Origin: Blepharisma stoltei ATCC 30299
Lineage: Eukaryota > Protista > Ciliophora
Assembly: GCA_965603825.1 (NCBI GenBank)
Contig: CBFDEM010000058.1
Coordinates: 186,001 to 250,000, forward strand
Direction of reading: 5' to 3'
DNA: 64,000 nucleotides
The position numbers were made by a program, and so were the translations under genes. The number at the start of each line of letters is the position of its first letter. Within the stretch, counting starts at the first letter, position 1. The notes under the pieces are model-generated. The model was not told the origin of the DNA. It searched no databases and worked only from the letters and a program-made list of their open reading frames with translations. Below, one piece after another: positions 49,790-62,202 of the stretch.

Positions 49790-52117
49790 TTATTGCCATA
49801 TAAACGAATTGATATCAGGTGATAATTCTTGTCTTGCTATTTTAAAGTCAGTTTCCCCTTGAAAACTCAAAATAAGTGGCTTTGACTCGATTGAGTAGAA
49901 GTGTTCATCATACCCTAATAAGCACAGCCAGTTCCTCACCCTCTCTTCTCCTTCTTTTCCTTCTTTTAAATTATCAATAAAAATCTCGAAAAATCCTTGT
50001 CTTGTCAACCCATCATGGGTACTTGTGTATTTGCTTAAAATATTTTTGACGAAAATATCAGAGGTTATGTAGACCCCAAGTTTTTTATTGAAATTAAAAA
50101 ATTCGTCGAAATTCAATGGGGCGTTTACATTGTAACTTAGTCTTCTGTATAAGTCTCGGATTATGTTTTTAAATATTGGATGGAGATCGCCCATTTCAGT
50201 AATTAAAGGAAACTTTAGAGGGATAAAATCCGCAGGTTTTGTTAGAGAAGCTGCAGTGCTTGTTGGGATTACTAAATAGCTGCCTGTTTCCAAGCTTCCT
50301 TCCCAGTAAATTTCACGAACACATCTAGTTGTTTGGGTTTTGAAATAATTTTCATAGCCAAATGCGGTTTTTCTAAGGATCGCTAACCCTAGGTCGAGGT
50401 ATTTCCTTAGTTCTCTAGCTCCTATACTGTTTTCATCTTCTTGATGGACACCAATAAACATTTTTGTAGGCTCACTTATCTCGATTTCCCAACAATGCGT
50501 CGATTTTCCTATGTTTTCATATTTTTCCATCAAGGTCTTTAATCTATATTCTATATATTTTTTGATCCTTGAAACAATAATATTTTCAAAATTTTTGAAA
50601 AGATCATTTATACATATCCAAAATGACCCATCATTGTTATCGAATTCAATTCTCAGCGTTTCACGAGTTTCTAGAGTCCATAAAGGAGATTGATCACTTC
50701 AGTCTCCAGTTCAATCATATTCATCCCATGGGTTTTTCAATTGAATAAGTTCTGTCTCGTTTACTGTTTCTAATCTATTGACATAAAAAAAGCGCTGTTG
50801 TAAAATGCCTGTGCTTGAAAATAATTCTTTTGTGGAGACAACCAAAGAGGCTCCTTCAGATTTTCAAAAGTTTAACTGATTTCATAGGGAGCTTCCAAAA
50901 GATTGTAAAGTATAAGAAAAAGAAGGGCACCCAGTTAGATCAATAATTGAATCTGTAGGTTTGATTTTCCTTAGGGAATAGTAGTACCCGTTAATTTTTG
51001 CATATGATTTTTCAAGTAGCATAACTCATAACTCAGGACCATGATTGCAATTAAATATCGGCCCCATCCCTGTGTGGCAAGGAAAATAGTCATCAATTGT
51101 CATCGTATGATTTTCCCCATTTTTCAATAACTTGACTCTATAAATGCCATTTTTATTAATTCCTGAATTTTCATAAAACATATTTTTTATATGTTCCGTT
51201 TTTTCTAGCAGTGTAGTTATCAAAGCCATAAGTCAATTATTTTCAATGGTCCCCTGCATAATTGTGCTGTCTTCTAAGTCATCCTCATAAATTTTGATTT
51301 CCCCAACCATAAAATCTCCTGGCCTTCTTCATTGGATTTCATTGAGTTGCTCTGAAACATAGCCGAGTATTGAATAATCATTGGGTGGAAATAAATGATC
51401 AGTAAATTTGTTTTCACCAAAAATCCTTTCTAAATACTTTAATGGGACCACATCTACAGGCACACTTCTAATTTGGAATTTTGCATCTTCAAGCTCTTGG
51501 TTTTGCTCTCTTTTTATTTGTTCGAGATTTACATCAGCTGGTTTTAGGTAATATTTGTATGTGTATTTATATGACCAGATCCCAGCAAAGCTTAACTCAC
51601 AGAACGTTCTTGCAGACTTTGGAGGTAAGTCTATTACAATTTGCATGGAGCCATTAGGCGGTTTAATACCACTCATATCAAGGAATATAAGCTCGAAGTG
51701 GATCATTTCAGGTCTACCATTGATAAGCTCGAAATTGATGGTTTTTTCGATGTCATTTTGGTTTATAACTAGTTCCAATTCTTCACTGATATGGACTCGC
51801 TTGATTATAGGGTCTTGGCTTAGTTTTTGGTATTTGTATGAGTATTTATAGGAAAATTGGCCATCTGTGGAAAATTCTGCGAATTTAACTGTGGAGTAAG
51901 GGTTTATTTCTATGTGTCTTTCTAAACTGCTGTCATCTCTTAAGCGAGCCTTGTTTAAATCACTAAATGTGAAGTCAATTATAAATAAAAATGATGTCGA
52001 GTTCTTCATGCTGAATTCTACAAGTGATTGTGAAGGAATTTTAGTCATTAGTAGCTGAAGCCCATGGCATAATACTTTTCGAACGGTGTCTTCTCCATTT
52101 GCATCTTTTGTTTTCAT
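49790..52117 (-). CDS. calpain-family protein, catalytically degenerate
   Basis: FTDHLFPP, [TGA]RRP, TIDDYFPC, EL[TGA]VMLLEKSYAK, DLTGCP, LKNPW, [TGA]TGD[TGA]SD, DGSFW, and domain III (IGVHQED, GSYLVIP). Confidence 0.85.
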
Positions 52118-52736
52118 GAATTTATTATGTAAATGACATTTTAATATATAGTTAAAAGACAAATAATAAGAAATTTAATCTATCAGACAATAGTAGGAAT
52201 CTAGGTTTTATCAAATTTATATTTAATACTAATTTCAATAATATTAAAAAATATAATAAATAAATTATCTATTTATCAATAATTAATATAATTAATACTA
52301 AATTTAAAATAAATCTTTTATAATTTTTTAAGAATTTAAATTATTTGTAGTATCGAGATATTTTTTTAATTTTTAATTAAAATAATAATTTGCAGCAAAA
52401 ATCATCATGAGTTTATCCCATATTTTTAAGAGCAGTGAATAATCATTCCATATTTATTTACTCATTGATAGATACTAAAAAGTAAATAATCAACAACCCA
52501 CAAATTGCATCTATCAAAAGGCAATTTCAAGATTCAGCAAGATTTTATTTAGCTTATCAAAATACCTCTCAAACTATCATAAGCTGCTGGCAAAACCTAA
52601 TATTCCTCATATTTGTGAAGGTAATTTGATATCTATTTTTTACTGACTATCTCAAATACTTGCCTTTAAAGCCTAAACATAAAGAATAATCCCATTTAAT
52701 TTTCATAAAATTACGCACGTTCTTCGTAATAATAAA

Positions 52737-53838
52737 ATGAAGGCTAATAATCTTTCCGAATGTTTATTTTCCAGAGAAATTGGATCTCTTCCAAACAATG
52801 CTATAGCTCAACAAATCCCATTTAGATCTTCATGAGCACCCAAAGTAACTTATTATTTAGCTAATGTTTACTCATATGGAAATAACGAACTCTGTCGTTT
52901 GAATAAAAGGTAGAGATAATTATGTCATCTCTCTTAATAAGAGTGGTAAAGCAGCTTATCGGAGCATTTTACCATTTTCTAATCCAGTAATGCTATCAGA
53001 GCCCAATGAGCATGTCTACAAAATTTGCCTGTCATCAAAGGGAGCTTTTTTCATGTTAAAGCGTATTAACGAGCCTGGTCTACAGTTTTTCGTGATTTCG
53101 GAAGAAAACCTAAAAAATGGGATTTTTACTCGAACAAGGATTCTTGAAAGATTGGCTATAGAGCTCAAAAATTATGAAGAGATCGACTATGAACGGCAAA
53201 TAATGGCAGTGAAAGTTGATAATACCTACCAGTTATGGAGTTTGGAAACGGAAAATATTATCTTTTCTTTTCCTTCACCTCCAAATACATTAATGAGGTA
53301 TTTTAAAGGGTTTGTTATTCTATGCACTCAAGAAGAAAAATGCTTAGTATTCACTATTCAAAATGTAGATTCAAATACTATGTATCGAGTAAAGATCATG
53401 GGCAAAGGGATTTTACATCATTTTTTAATATGCCAAAACTGACTTGTAGTCAGTATCAAGCATAGCTTTATTCAGTTGATAAATCTTTTGACTAGAGAAA
53501 CTAAATGAATTAAAAAAAGTGGAGCTAAACAGTTTTATGAAATGGAAAACGAGAACGAAAGCATGCTGACTTTTAGTGACGGGACTGCAGTTTTAATTAC
53601 AGATACTGAAAAAGAGTTAAGTTTAGGATTTCCTGATGGGATTTATGCAGATGTGGAAGGAATGCTAATTGCTTATTGTGAAAGTTCAAGTAGTATTAAA
53701 GTCCTTGATCTCAAAACTTCAACAATTGTTAATTCAATTGAGGTAAAAAGAAATGAAGTGACATGCATTGGAATTAACGAGCAAACCCATCAAATTTTCG
53801 TAGGTTTCAAATCTGGAAAGATTTGTGTGCTAGATTAG
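52737..53838 (+). CDS. WD40-like beta-propeller protein; one 16-nt intron
   Basis: ATG 52737, intron 52845-52860, TGA read-through. Beta-rich repeats YQLWSLE, IKVLDLKT and VTCIGINE..QIFVG..SGKICVLD. Confidence 0.6.
52845..52860 (+). other. 16-nt intron
   Basis: GTAACTTATTATTTAG; restores frame into ORF 52990. Confidence 0.75.
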
Positions 53839-54005
53839 CCTTTTGGCATTTATCATTTCAAATTTCAAATTAATCATTTAAAATTCTTTAAAATGCGATT
53901 ATTATAATGAAGAAAAACAATTTATTTCAATATTAAAAATTTCTTAAAAGTTCAATTAACAAATTAGCCATTATGTTAATTTCCCTATTTGAAAACTATG
54001 CTAAG

Positions 54006-54533
54006 TTAGTTAATAAGAATGCCTTCATACTTTTGTTGGAACCATTGCATAGCCTCTTCTCTTGTTACTTTCTGACTCTTTCCAAGTCTTGAAGTAGCGT
54101 GACGTCTTTCCTTAATCCTATTTCCACTGCGAGCAAGAACAACATAGAAATCCATCCCATAAATACCTGTGTTAGGGTCATATTTGATGCCGAGATCAAT
54201 GTGCTCTTGGACTCCAAAGCCGAAGTTTCCGCTCTTTGAGAAGTTTTTTCTTTTGAGTTCAAACTCTCTGACTTTTAGGCCTCTTTCTAAAATATCTTCA
54301 GCTTTGTCTCCTCTCACAGTGGTGTAAACAGCGATTTTTTCATTACGTCTGATTCCAAAAGAACGAATGGTGTATCTAGCCCTTGAAAACACTGGTTTTT
54401 GATCTGTAAGATCAGCCAAAACTTTCCCTGCTCTGGTCACTCTGTCACCAGCCTCTCCAACACAAATATTGAGAACAAGTTTTTCAATTCTTATGTTTCT
54501 CATAGGGTTGTCCAGCTTCTCTCCCTTGACCAT
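54006..54533 (-). CDS. RPL11: 60S ribosomal protein L11 (uL5)
   Basis: [49 protein letters not shown]. Confidence 0.97.
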   Translation of the reverse strand: MVKGEKLDNPMRNIRIEKLVLNICVGEAGDRVTRAGKVLADLTDQKPVFSRARYTIRSFGIRRNEKIAVYTTVRGDKAEDILERGLKVREFELKRKNFSKSGNFGFGVQEHIDLGIKYDPNTGIYGMDFYVVLARSGNRIKERRHATSRLGKSQKVTREEAMQWFQQKYEGILIN

Positions 54534-54604
54534 TTTATTATTTACCACTCATTTTCTTAAGCATATAAGTGACTTAGAATCATACACTTAATTACATAAA
54601 TTTA

Positions 54605-55060
54605 ATGGGGCGTATGCATTCGAAAGGTAAGGGGATAGCATCCTCTGCTCTCCCCTACAAAAGAGCAGCACCAAGCTGGCTTAAAGTGTCTTCTTCAGAA
54701 GTCAGCGAGCACATTGTCAAGCTAGCAAGAAAAGGGCTGTACCCATCACAGATCGGTGTAATACTTAGGGACACCTCAGGAATCCCACAGGTCAAATCCG
54801 TTACCGGCGCTAAAATCCTTAGAATCCTCAAGAAGAACGGAATTGCTCCAGAAATCCCCGAAGACCTTTACCACCTAATCAAAAAGGCTGTGCAGGTTCG
54901 CAAGCATCTTGAGAAGTTTAGAAAAGATAAGGACAGCAAATTCAGACTGATTTTGATCGAGTCAAGAATTCACAGACTTTCACGCTACTATAAAAGAACA
55001 AAGAAATTGCCTGCAAACTGGAGATATAACTCTTCAACAGCATCAGCCTTAGTAAGCTAA
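54605..55060 (+). CDS. RPS13: 40S ribosomal protein S13 (uS15)
   Basis: [18 protein letters not shown]...[12 protein letters not shown]...[16 protein letters not shown]. Confidence 0.98.
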   Translation: MGRMHSKGKGIASSALPYKRAAPSWLKVSSSEVSEHIVKLARKGLYPSQIGVILRDTSGIPQVKSVTGAKILRILKKNGIAPEIPEDLYHLIKKAVQVRKHLEKFRKDKDSKFRLILIESRIHRLSRYYKRTKKLPANWRYNSSTASALVS

Positions 55061-55475
55061 ACAATTCTTTTTAGGATAAATTAAGACTTTTAAAAGTGAT
55101 AAAATCAGGGAAATTGGGCTAGTTCGGCAGGAGAGTGATTTGTTATGGCTAGTTTGTGAAAGAGAGAAAATTGTGATGTAAGATGAGAATTTTAGTAAAT
55201 TTTTGATTTTTTGTTGAAATTATAAAGTTTTTGATCGATTTCTTTAAATAATTGAATATTTTTAAATATTTTTGATCAAAAATAGATAAGTCTGAATAAT
55301 AATAGTTATCAATATTGATATAATATATATAAGGAGCATAATAATTCTAGATAATACAGTTTTAGGCTGACAAAAATCAATATTAGGCCTGATTATGCGC
55401 CAAGATATATTATTTTATGATAATAATAGATAGCCCTTCCCGTCCTGCCATAAAAAGAATAATTTTTCTGAAAAT

Positions 55476-56087
55476 ATGCAAAAAAACTTTTTAAAGCCTG
55501 CAGAAAGTGCATGAAATGATACAAATAAAGACTCCAGCTTTCTCCAATACACTCCAATACAGTCAAAATCCCATAAAAGCTTTGATATGTCAATGCACAG
55601 CTCTTTATCCAAAACTTCTCTTCTAGAAGATAAAAGGAAGAGCTGCAACTTCAGTAGCTCATTCAGCACAAATGAGCTATCCCCTTTAATTCAAAAGAAA
55701 AATCCAAAATATCTGTCAAAAGGTATGAATTTGTGCTATGAAATTTACCCTTCTCCTCTCCGTCCAAAAATAGCACTACCCCAAAGAACTCTGCCAAGGC
55801 AAAAAACAATAAAAATAAATTATGATTTTAACCAAATCAACAAGCCTTCCAAGCCTTATAACAGCTATGGGAATATAGTATTTAAGCGGGCGCTGTATAA
55901 AATTTTATTAGATCCTTTAATTACTCCAAACATCCCTAAGCAGAGAAGTGAGGCCAAAAGTTTTTCGATAACATCTGAGAAAAGTGTAATGAAATCTGAC
56001 GTAGAAAAAATCATGGAAAGCTTAGAGCCGCTTAGACAGCACAAATTAAAAATTCGGAAGTTTAATTATATAAATAAAGTTATATAA
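55476..56087 (+). CDS. hypothetical protein
   Basis: ORF 55587-56087 extends to ATG 55476 through one TGA; no family recognised. Confidence 0.5.
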
Positions 56088-56088
56088 A

Positions 56089-58161
56089 ATGAATATTTCT
56101 CGTGTTGACTATGTTCAAGTGCCAGGTACAAATCGAGGTGTTTTAGCACTTCTTCCACAAGGTGACAGAGAGCCATTAGCAGTTGGCGACCAAGCAGGAA
56201 CTCTTTCACTATTCAGGCTTGACCCAATCTCTACAACTGATATTTGGAAACAAGTTTTAAGGCCGATAACTCACTTAGAACTCGGAAGACGAGTCCAATC
56301 CTCCGCTCCAACTGAAACAATCTACGCATCAAGTGGCTGCTGCATCCAAAGCTTTTCAAACGGCGGCCGAGAAGTATCAAACTTCGACACAAATATCGCA
56401 GAAAATCTAAAATCCTTCAAAATCCAAGAGTCTGATATTTGGGCAGGTGGCAAATACATTTACAGTCACTTTGTAAATGAAAGAGATATAGATTACATTA
56501 TTTTTGAAGATCTTATAAATGATCTTGCTCTCTGTAAAGTCTCAGGAGATTTAGTCACAAATGCAGTTTTAGCGTTTAATGACAAAACAATCAGAGTTTT
56601 AGATGGCAGCAAAGTAAAATATTCCCAAGTTTTAAGCTCGTCCCCTACAGTGCTTTCTAATTATAACCAAAGGGCTAATGATTTTTCTCATACTAGAAGT
56701 CTTCTATATGGAACTTCTTCTGGGTCTATTGGATTGGTAAATTTAGAGAGGGAGAGGTCAAATTTGTTATGGAATATTGATATGGAAGGAAAAGAAATCA
56801 ATTGTATTTCTTCTTATGATATGACTGGAGATGGTTTTAAAGATGTGCTTGTAGGAAGAAATGATGGGAAAATTGAAATTTATTCTTTTGACCAAAGCTC
56901 AGGAGAGCTCCTTTTAAATTCAAGCTTAAATGTATCTGAAGGAGTTACTTCGCTGGCTGCTGGAAAGCCTAGAGGATCTCCTGAAATTTTGGTTTCAACT
57001 TATTCAGGAAAAATCATAGGAGTTGGAGAATCAAATATGCCAATTGGCACTGGGGCTAGTGTAATTGAAGGCTTACAAGGAGAAATCACGCTTCTAAAGC
57101 ATCAAGTTGACATGGCAAAACGAGAAAGCGTAACTTCATTTCCAGGGCAGACTTCAGGAACTACTGCAAAAGTATCAAATACTTTGTCATTAATAGGAGA
57201 TGAAGCTTGCTATTTATTAACAATCCAGTCGCAAGAGCCAATAGGACTAATTTGTTTGCAATCCGAAGTGCCTTTAGATTTAATAGAAGACGAAAACAGT
57301 AAAGTTATCCATAATGTTCAAGATGAAGGACAAATTTTGATGACTTTCAGGTTTCCTGACTCAAGTTTCACACATTTTGAGATGAAATTCAGAAGTACTG
57401 AGGGGCAGTCTGGGGATATTCAGCTGTATATTATACCTACGTTAGAACCAAAAATAGCCCAGTTGCTTAAGTTTGATTTAAAGCCTTTATCTTTGCATGA
57501 AAAAGTGTCAGCGATTCCTGAAGAAGGCCACCCTTTAAATAACTTGCAAATCACAGGATCATTTACTAAGAACGATATGCATGGCTGGGTAAGTCACACT
57601 TTGCCCGATGTACCTCCTCACACAACAGAAAACAATGTAACCCTTTATTACACCAACTGCATTTTGCATACAGTTTTGATTGTAAAATACACAGCAAACT
57701 TTGCGGAGTTCAAAAGTGACTCAGTGTCGGTGATTGCGATAATTAAAGAAAGCATTTCGAAGCATGCAAGTTTTAAAAAAATTCAGTTAGATATAAGATA
57801 TATTGAAGAACCAGCATCACATGAGTATGTTTTAAGGTTAATTGATCAGCAATTAAGTGTATTACAAGATTTAGAGACGAGAAATCAATTATTAGACGCT
57901 TTAAGAGAAATAAGCAATCAAGGAGATCTTGAAAAATTTTCAGAAGAGTTCCAAGGGGTTCTGACAGAAAGTGAAAGTATTCAGAATGAGTACAAGAAAA
58001 GACCTAAAAAATTGCAATTTTTACAAGGAGTGATTTCTGATTTGTATGTAGACAAATCAAAATTCAGAGGAATTCATAGTGTAAGCGGTAGAATTCAACA
58101 ACTTCAACAAATTTTAGCAAATTATGATATCGAAGCTTTGATTGAGTTTTTCAAAGAATAA
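56089..58161 (+). CDS. BBS7: Bardet-Biedl syndrome 7 protein (BBSome)
   Basis: N-terminal RVDYVQV, a beta-propeller (YDMTGDG..DVLVGRNDG), KPLSLH, and C-terminal ISDLYVDKSKFRG...YDIEALIEFF. Confidence 0.88.
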   Translation: MNISRVDYVQVPGTNRGVLALLPQGDREPLAVGDQAGTLSLFRLDPISTTDIWKQVLRPITHLELGRRVQSSAPTETIYASSGCCIQSFSNGGREVSNFDTNIAENLKSFKIQESDIWAGGKYIYSHFVNERDIDYIIFEDLINDLALCKVSGDLVTNAVLAFNDKTIRVLDGSKVKYSQVLSSSPTVLSNYNQRANDFSHTRSLLYGTSSGSIGLVNLERERSNLLWNIDMEGKEINCISSYDMTGDGFKDVLVGRNDGKIEIYSFDQSSGELLLNSSLNVSEGVTSLAAGKPRGSPEILVSTYSGKIIGVGESNMPIGTGASVIEGLQGEITLLKHQVDMAKRESVTSFPGQTSGTTAKVSNTLSLIGDEACYLLTIQSQEPIGLICLQSEVPLDLIEDENSKVIHNVQDEGQILMTFRFPDSSFTHFEMKFRSTEGQSGDIQLYIIPTLEPKIAQLLKFDLKPLSLHEKVSAIPEEGHPLNNLQITGSFTKNDMHGWVSHTLPDVPPHTTENNVTLYYTNCILHTVLIVKYTANFAEFKSDSVSVIAIIKESISKHASFKKIQLDIRYIEEPASHEYVLRLIDQQLSVLQDLETRNQLLDALREISNQGDLEKFSEEFQGVLTESESIQNEYKKRPKKLQFLQGVISDLYVDKSKFRGIHSVSGRIQQLQQILANYDIEALIEFFKE

Positions 58162-58213
58162 TCGATTTAAATAACACCCCATATTTATTCATTTTTCTTA
58201 TAATAAAACAGTT

Positions 58214-60817
58214 ATGACCTACTTCTCAGAGAACTCCAAAAGTATCGATTTTCCGCTAGTTACAGATGAGCTTGAATACAGCGATCCTCTCATCCCCATA
58301 AAGCTCCACGTTGCCTATCTCCCTAACTCGTTACTCACATCATTTGTTATCGAAAGTTCTACCGCTGAAGAATCTGAACTTTTCGATAACGCTGCTGAGT
58401 TATATGACTCAGTAAAATATGATGAAGAAATCGAGCTTCTAGGCCGACCAGAAGCAGCCCAGAATTTCCGCTTTGAAAAGGTTGAAAAAAATCCTTGTGT
58501 CCTCCATGACCGATTTTTCTTCGGAAAAGGAGAAACTGTCTTCAAAAATGGGCTGAAATACACAGGAGATATGAATTTTTCGCTGATGCATGGAAGAGGA
58601 ATTATACAAGGGGACGGATTCAAGTATACAGGGACTTTTAGGAATAATGAAATTGAAGGAGATGGGAGGTATGAATGGAAAAATTCAGTTTATGATGGAG
58701 AAATTAGGAGAGGGACAAGAAACGGGGATGGAGTTTTGAACTTTGAAAATGGAGTTACTTATAATGGACAGTGAAGGGAAGGGCTAAGAGAGGGATATGG
58801 AAAAGTTGTATTCCCTAGCGGCCAAAGTTATGAAGGATATTGGGAAAAGGGCAAAAAACATGGATATGGAGTTCTAAAATTCGCTTCGGGGAATGTTTAT
58901 GAAGGAAATTTCCAAAACGACAAAATGTGTGGACAAGGGACTATGTTTTGGAATACAAAAAAGGAAAAATACACAGGAGAATGGAAAGACAGCTTAACCC
59001 ATGGCTATGGGATCCATATTTGGCTTGATTCCAAAGGGAATAAGTTACTCAGAAATAGATATGTAGGACAATGGGCTTTTGGAAAGAGGAATGGCCAAGG
59101 CACATTTTACTATGCAAATGGGAGTAAATATGAAGGAAACTGGGTCGATGACTTAAAATCTGGGCAGGGGACAATGACTTTTGAAGATGGCTCAGTCTAT
59201 TCCGGAGCTTTTGAAAATGACCATATGGTTGATCGAACGCTATCTGGGCAAGTTGAAGTTAGAACTGCTACATCTCCAGTAGTCGCCCAAGCAAACACCA
59301 CAGCTGCTGCCAACACTACAAAAAAATCCATCTTGAAAAACAACCCTCAAAAAGATAAAAACGCTAAAGAAGCTCCAATAACCCAAAAAAAATCCCCAGA
59401 TGGTGGTATGTTTGCTTCAAAAAGATCAAAGCGCCAGGTTGAGGCTAACCCATTTAAAAACTTACTTGACATTACTGATATCACTATCTTTGAAGATGAC
59501 GAAGAAAAGGCTGAAAAAGAAGTCCAAAATTTGCTATTAAAACATAATAGCAATATGATGATGTGGTATAGACGTTATAGCACTCAACAAGAATCCAAAG
59601 AAAAAGAAGAGAGTTTTACAATGGTAATGAAACAATTTTGGAGGTTCTTGAGAGATGCTAGAGTTATTTCATACAAGGTGCCAATTGCACATGTTAACAG
59701 ATTATTTATACAAGGAAGCAAAAATAGTTTCAAAATTGCTGGGTCGAATGTAGAAGCAGGAACAACTGTTGAACAATCATATATTAATAAATCATCAAGA
59801 CCTTTTACACCTGCAGTTCCTCCTAATTTGGACATTTCGAATATTGTGTCACAAGCTGACCCAGAAACACTCAGTGATGAAGAAGAAGCCCTAATTGAGC
59901 TTGAACTTGACGATGTTCATAGCACAGATAGGCCGATTTTAATTAGGCAGTTTATGGAAGCATTAGTAAGAGTTGCATTTTTGAAGTATTCAAATGGAGG
60001 AAAACTCCACTTAGAAAATGCTAAAATTAACATAAAAGAAGGAGAAGTTTATGTTGAAAGGCCACAAAGCCAAATTGGATGCGCCTTATACAAACTATTT
60101 GCTGAAAGACTTGAACCTTTTGCTGGAAATAAAACATGCAAAACAATAGAAGAAGATATTGATATCGAAGAAGGGTTATCAGCAATCCAATCAAATGTAG
60201 CAGAAGAGCTATTCCTTAGATATGCAAAAACAGACAAAGGTCTTATATCAAGAAAAGACATAACAATTGAAATAAAAAGCATCGTCCAAATGCTTAAAGA
60301 TTCACATGTAATTCCAAAGCACAAGTCTTTCGAAGAAGTTTTGGAAATTGTGGAGAGATACCACGACCCTGAATACTCATATACAGAATTAATTAAAGAA
60401 AAATCGGATAAGGTTAAAACAAGGGTTCTAATGAAATTATTAGGATCTGAGCTAACTGAATACGAATTTTATGAAATTATTGTACTTATTGGGTTAAGTA
60501 TGGTTGAGAGGACAGAATTCATGGAATCAGAAGAAAGTGAGGATAGCTATGCAAGAGATCGCGTCGAAAAATTCTTTAATGAAATTTTGATTCCGGGATT
60601 TGGAGCTAAAGCTGAACCTGAACTGTCTGAAGAAGGCGAAAAACCTAAAATTCAGAGTAAAAAGCCAAATTTGTCAAAATATAAAATTACTTATCCTAAG
60701 ACTGCTAAGCAAAAAACAATTGAAGAAAATATAAGGAAGAAGAAGGAAGAGGAAGAAAGAGAAAGCAAAGAAACTGCAAATATGGAAAAAGAAGACGTTA
60801 ATATTAATTTATCTTAA
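58214..60817 (+). CDS. MORN-repeat protein, radial spoke head 10B-like
   Basis: About 10 MORN repeats (YxGx[W/F]xxGxxxGxG), LRNRYVGQW, QFWRFL.D and ILIRQF; joined via TGA 58772-58774. Confidence 0.75.
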
Positions 60818-61164
60818 AGCTAACATATTAAAAAAACAAAAAATAAATATGATCAATCGAAATATACAAAATAGAATACAAATCGGTCTTTATCTTTGCC
60901 TTAAAATTGAAATGACTCTCTTATACATTTTTATTATTTAAAAATTATTAATGTAGATTTCAATTAAATACAATCAAACAGATTTTACGAAATTCCTAAT
61001 TTAGATAAGTTTGGAAGCAACATCAAAATTCCTAATATTGTTGATGAATTCCTGCATTTAATTATAAAGAATGCCAAATAAGAAGAATTAAATTATAGAA
61101 AAGCCCCTAAGTAAACTCCTGTATAAAAGTTTATTTTTTCAGTACATTAGATTTGAATAAAGAT

Positions 61165-61668
61165 ATGGACTTCAACCCAAATGCTTACATAGAAGACTTT
61201 GACTTCGAATCTCTCGAAGGCTTCCAGGAATTTTCCCAAGCCATGCCAGTCCAACCTTTTCGCTATGAACTCAATGCTGCTTCAGTGTCAGTAAAATGTG
61301 AACTTGATGACATCGCATTTCTCGAGCCAGCTTATATGGATGATTCTACTGCAAGCACTTCGCCATGTGAAAGTTCCTCACAGCAATTTATCCCAAAACC
61401 GATCCCAAGCACTCTTTTCAATGTTGATGAACATAAAGAAAAATTAATCGGAGCATTAACTGTGCAAGAAAGAAGAGAAAAAATTAAAAAATATCAAGAA
61501 AAGAAGAAGAGGAGGACTTGGGATAAAAAAATCAGCTATGTTTGTAGAAAAAAAGTAGCTGATAAAAGAGTCAGAGTTAAAGGAAGATTTGTTACTCAAG
61601 CACAAGCTGAGGAAATCATAAAGCATCAGAAAGGCGAAGTGAAAAGCGATAAAACAATTCTGGAATAA
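61165..61668 (+). CDS. CCT-motif protein
   Basis: RREKIKKYQEKKKRRTWDKKISYVCRKKVADKRVRVKGRFV; acidic N-terminus. Confidence 0.85.
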   Translation: MDFNPNAYIEDFDFESLEGFQEFSQAMPVQPFRYELNAASVSVKCELDDIAFLEPAYMDDSTASTSPCESSSQQFIPKPIPSTLFNVDEHKEKLIGALTVQERREKIKKYQEKKKRRTWDKKISYVCRKKVADKRVRVKGRFVTQAQAEEIIKHQKGEVKSDKTILE

Positions 61669-62202
61669 AATTTAAATTAAATAAATATAATTAAATCGGC
61701 AAAAGTCTAGAATTTATTATAAAGCTTTTTTAATTTGATCTTATTTATATCTCAGCCCCTTATTATAATTAATTGCTTTGGATATTTCTAAAAATAAATT
61801 TAAATTAAATGAAGAATAAGAATCCAATACTTTTTAAAATGCGGCAATAATTGAATTATTATAGGAAATTTATTACTCTCAAATAATTTTTTCGATACAT
61901 CTTAATCGCAGACAAAGTTGTGGGAGTTAGTAAAAGAGCTAAACTTATTAATTATAATAGTAGAGTAGTCTTCATTTTTTATAATTTAAATATGATTTTA
62001 TAGATAAAAATAAAGAAATTGAGTTTTATTTTCCAGTCCTTTTAAGGCAAATGCTAAGCACGCATTAAGCACATGCTTGATAATAAATCAAAAATTTTGA
62101 ATGCATATTTAAACTAAAATCAAAGTCTTTCTATCTGCATTAGCCATTGATGCATCTTAAGTGCTTATGCATATAAAATTTAAAGTTAGTGCTATTACAA
62201 AA

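Noticed and set aside
54538-54552. Upstream ATG (MSGK*) as an RPL11 first exon
   Set aside because: No 15/16-nt GT-AG intron joins it in frame, and ATG 54533 gives a normal N-terminus.
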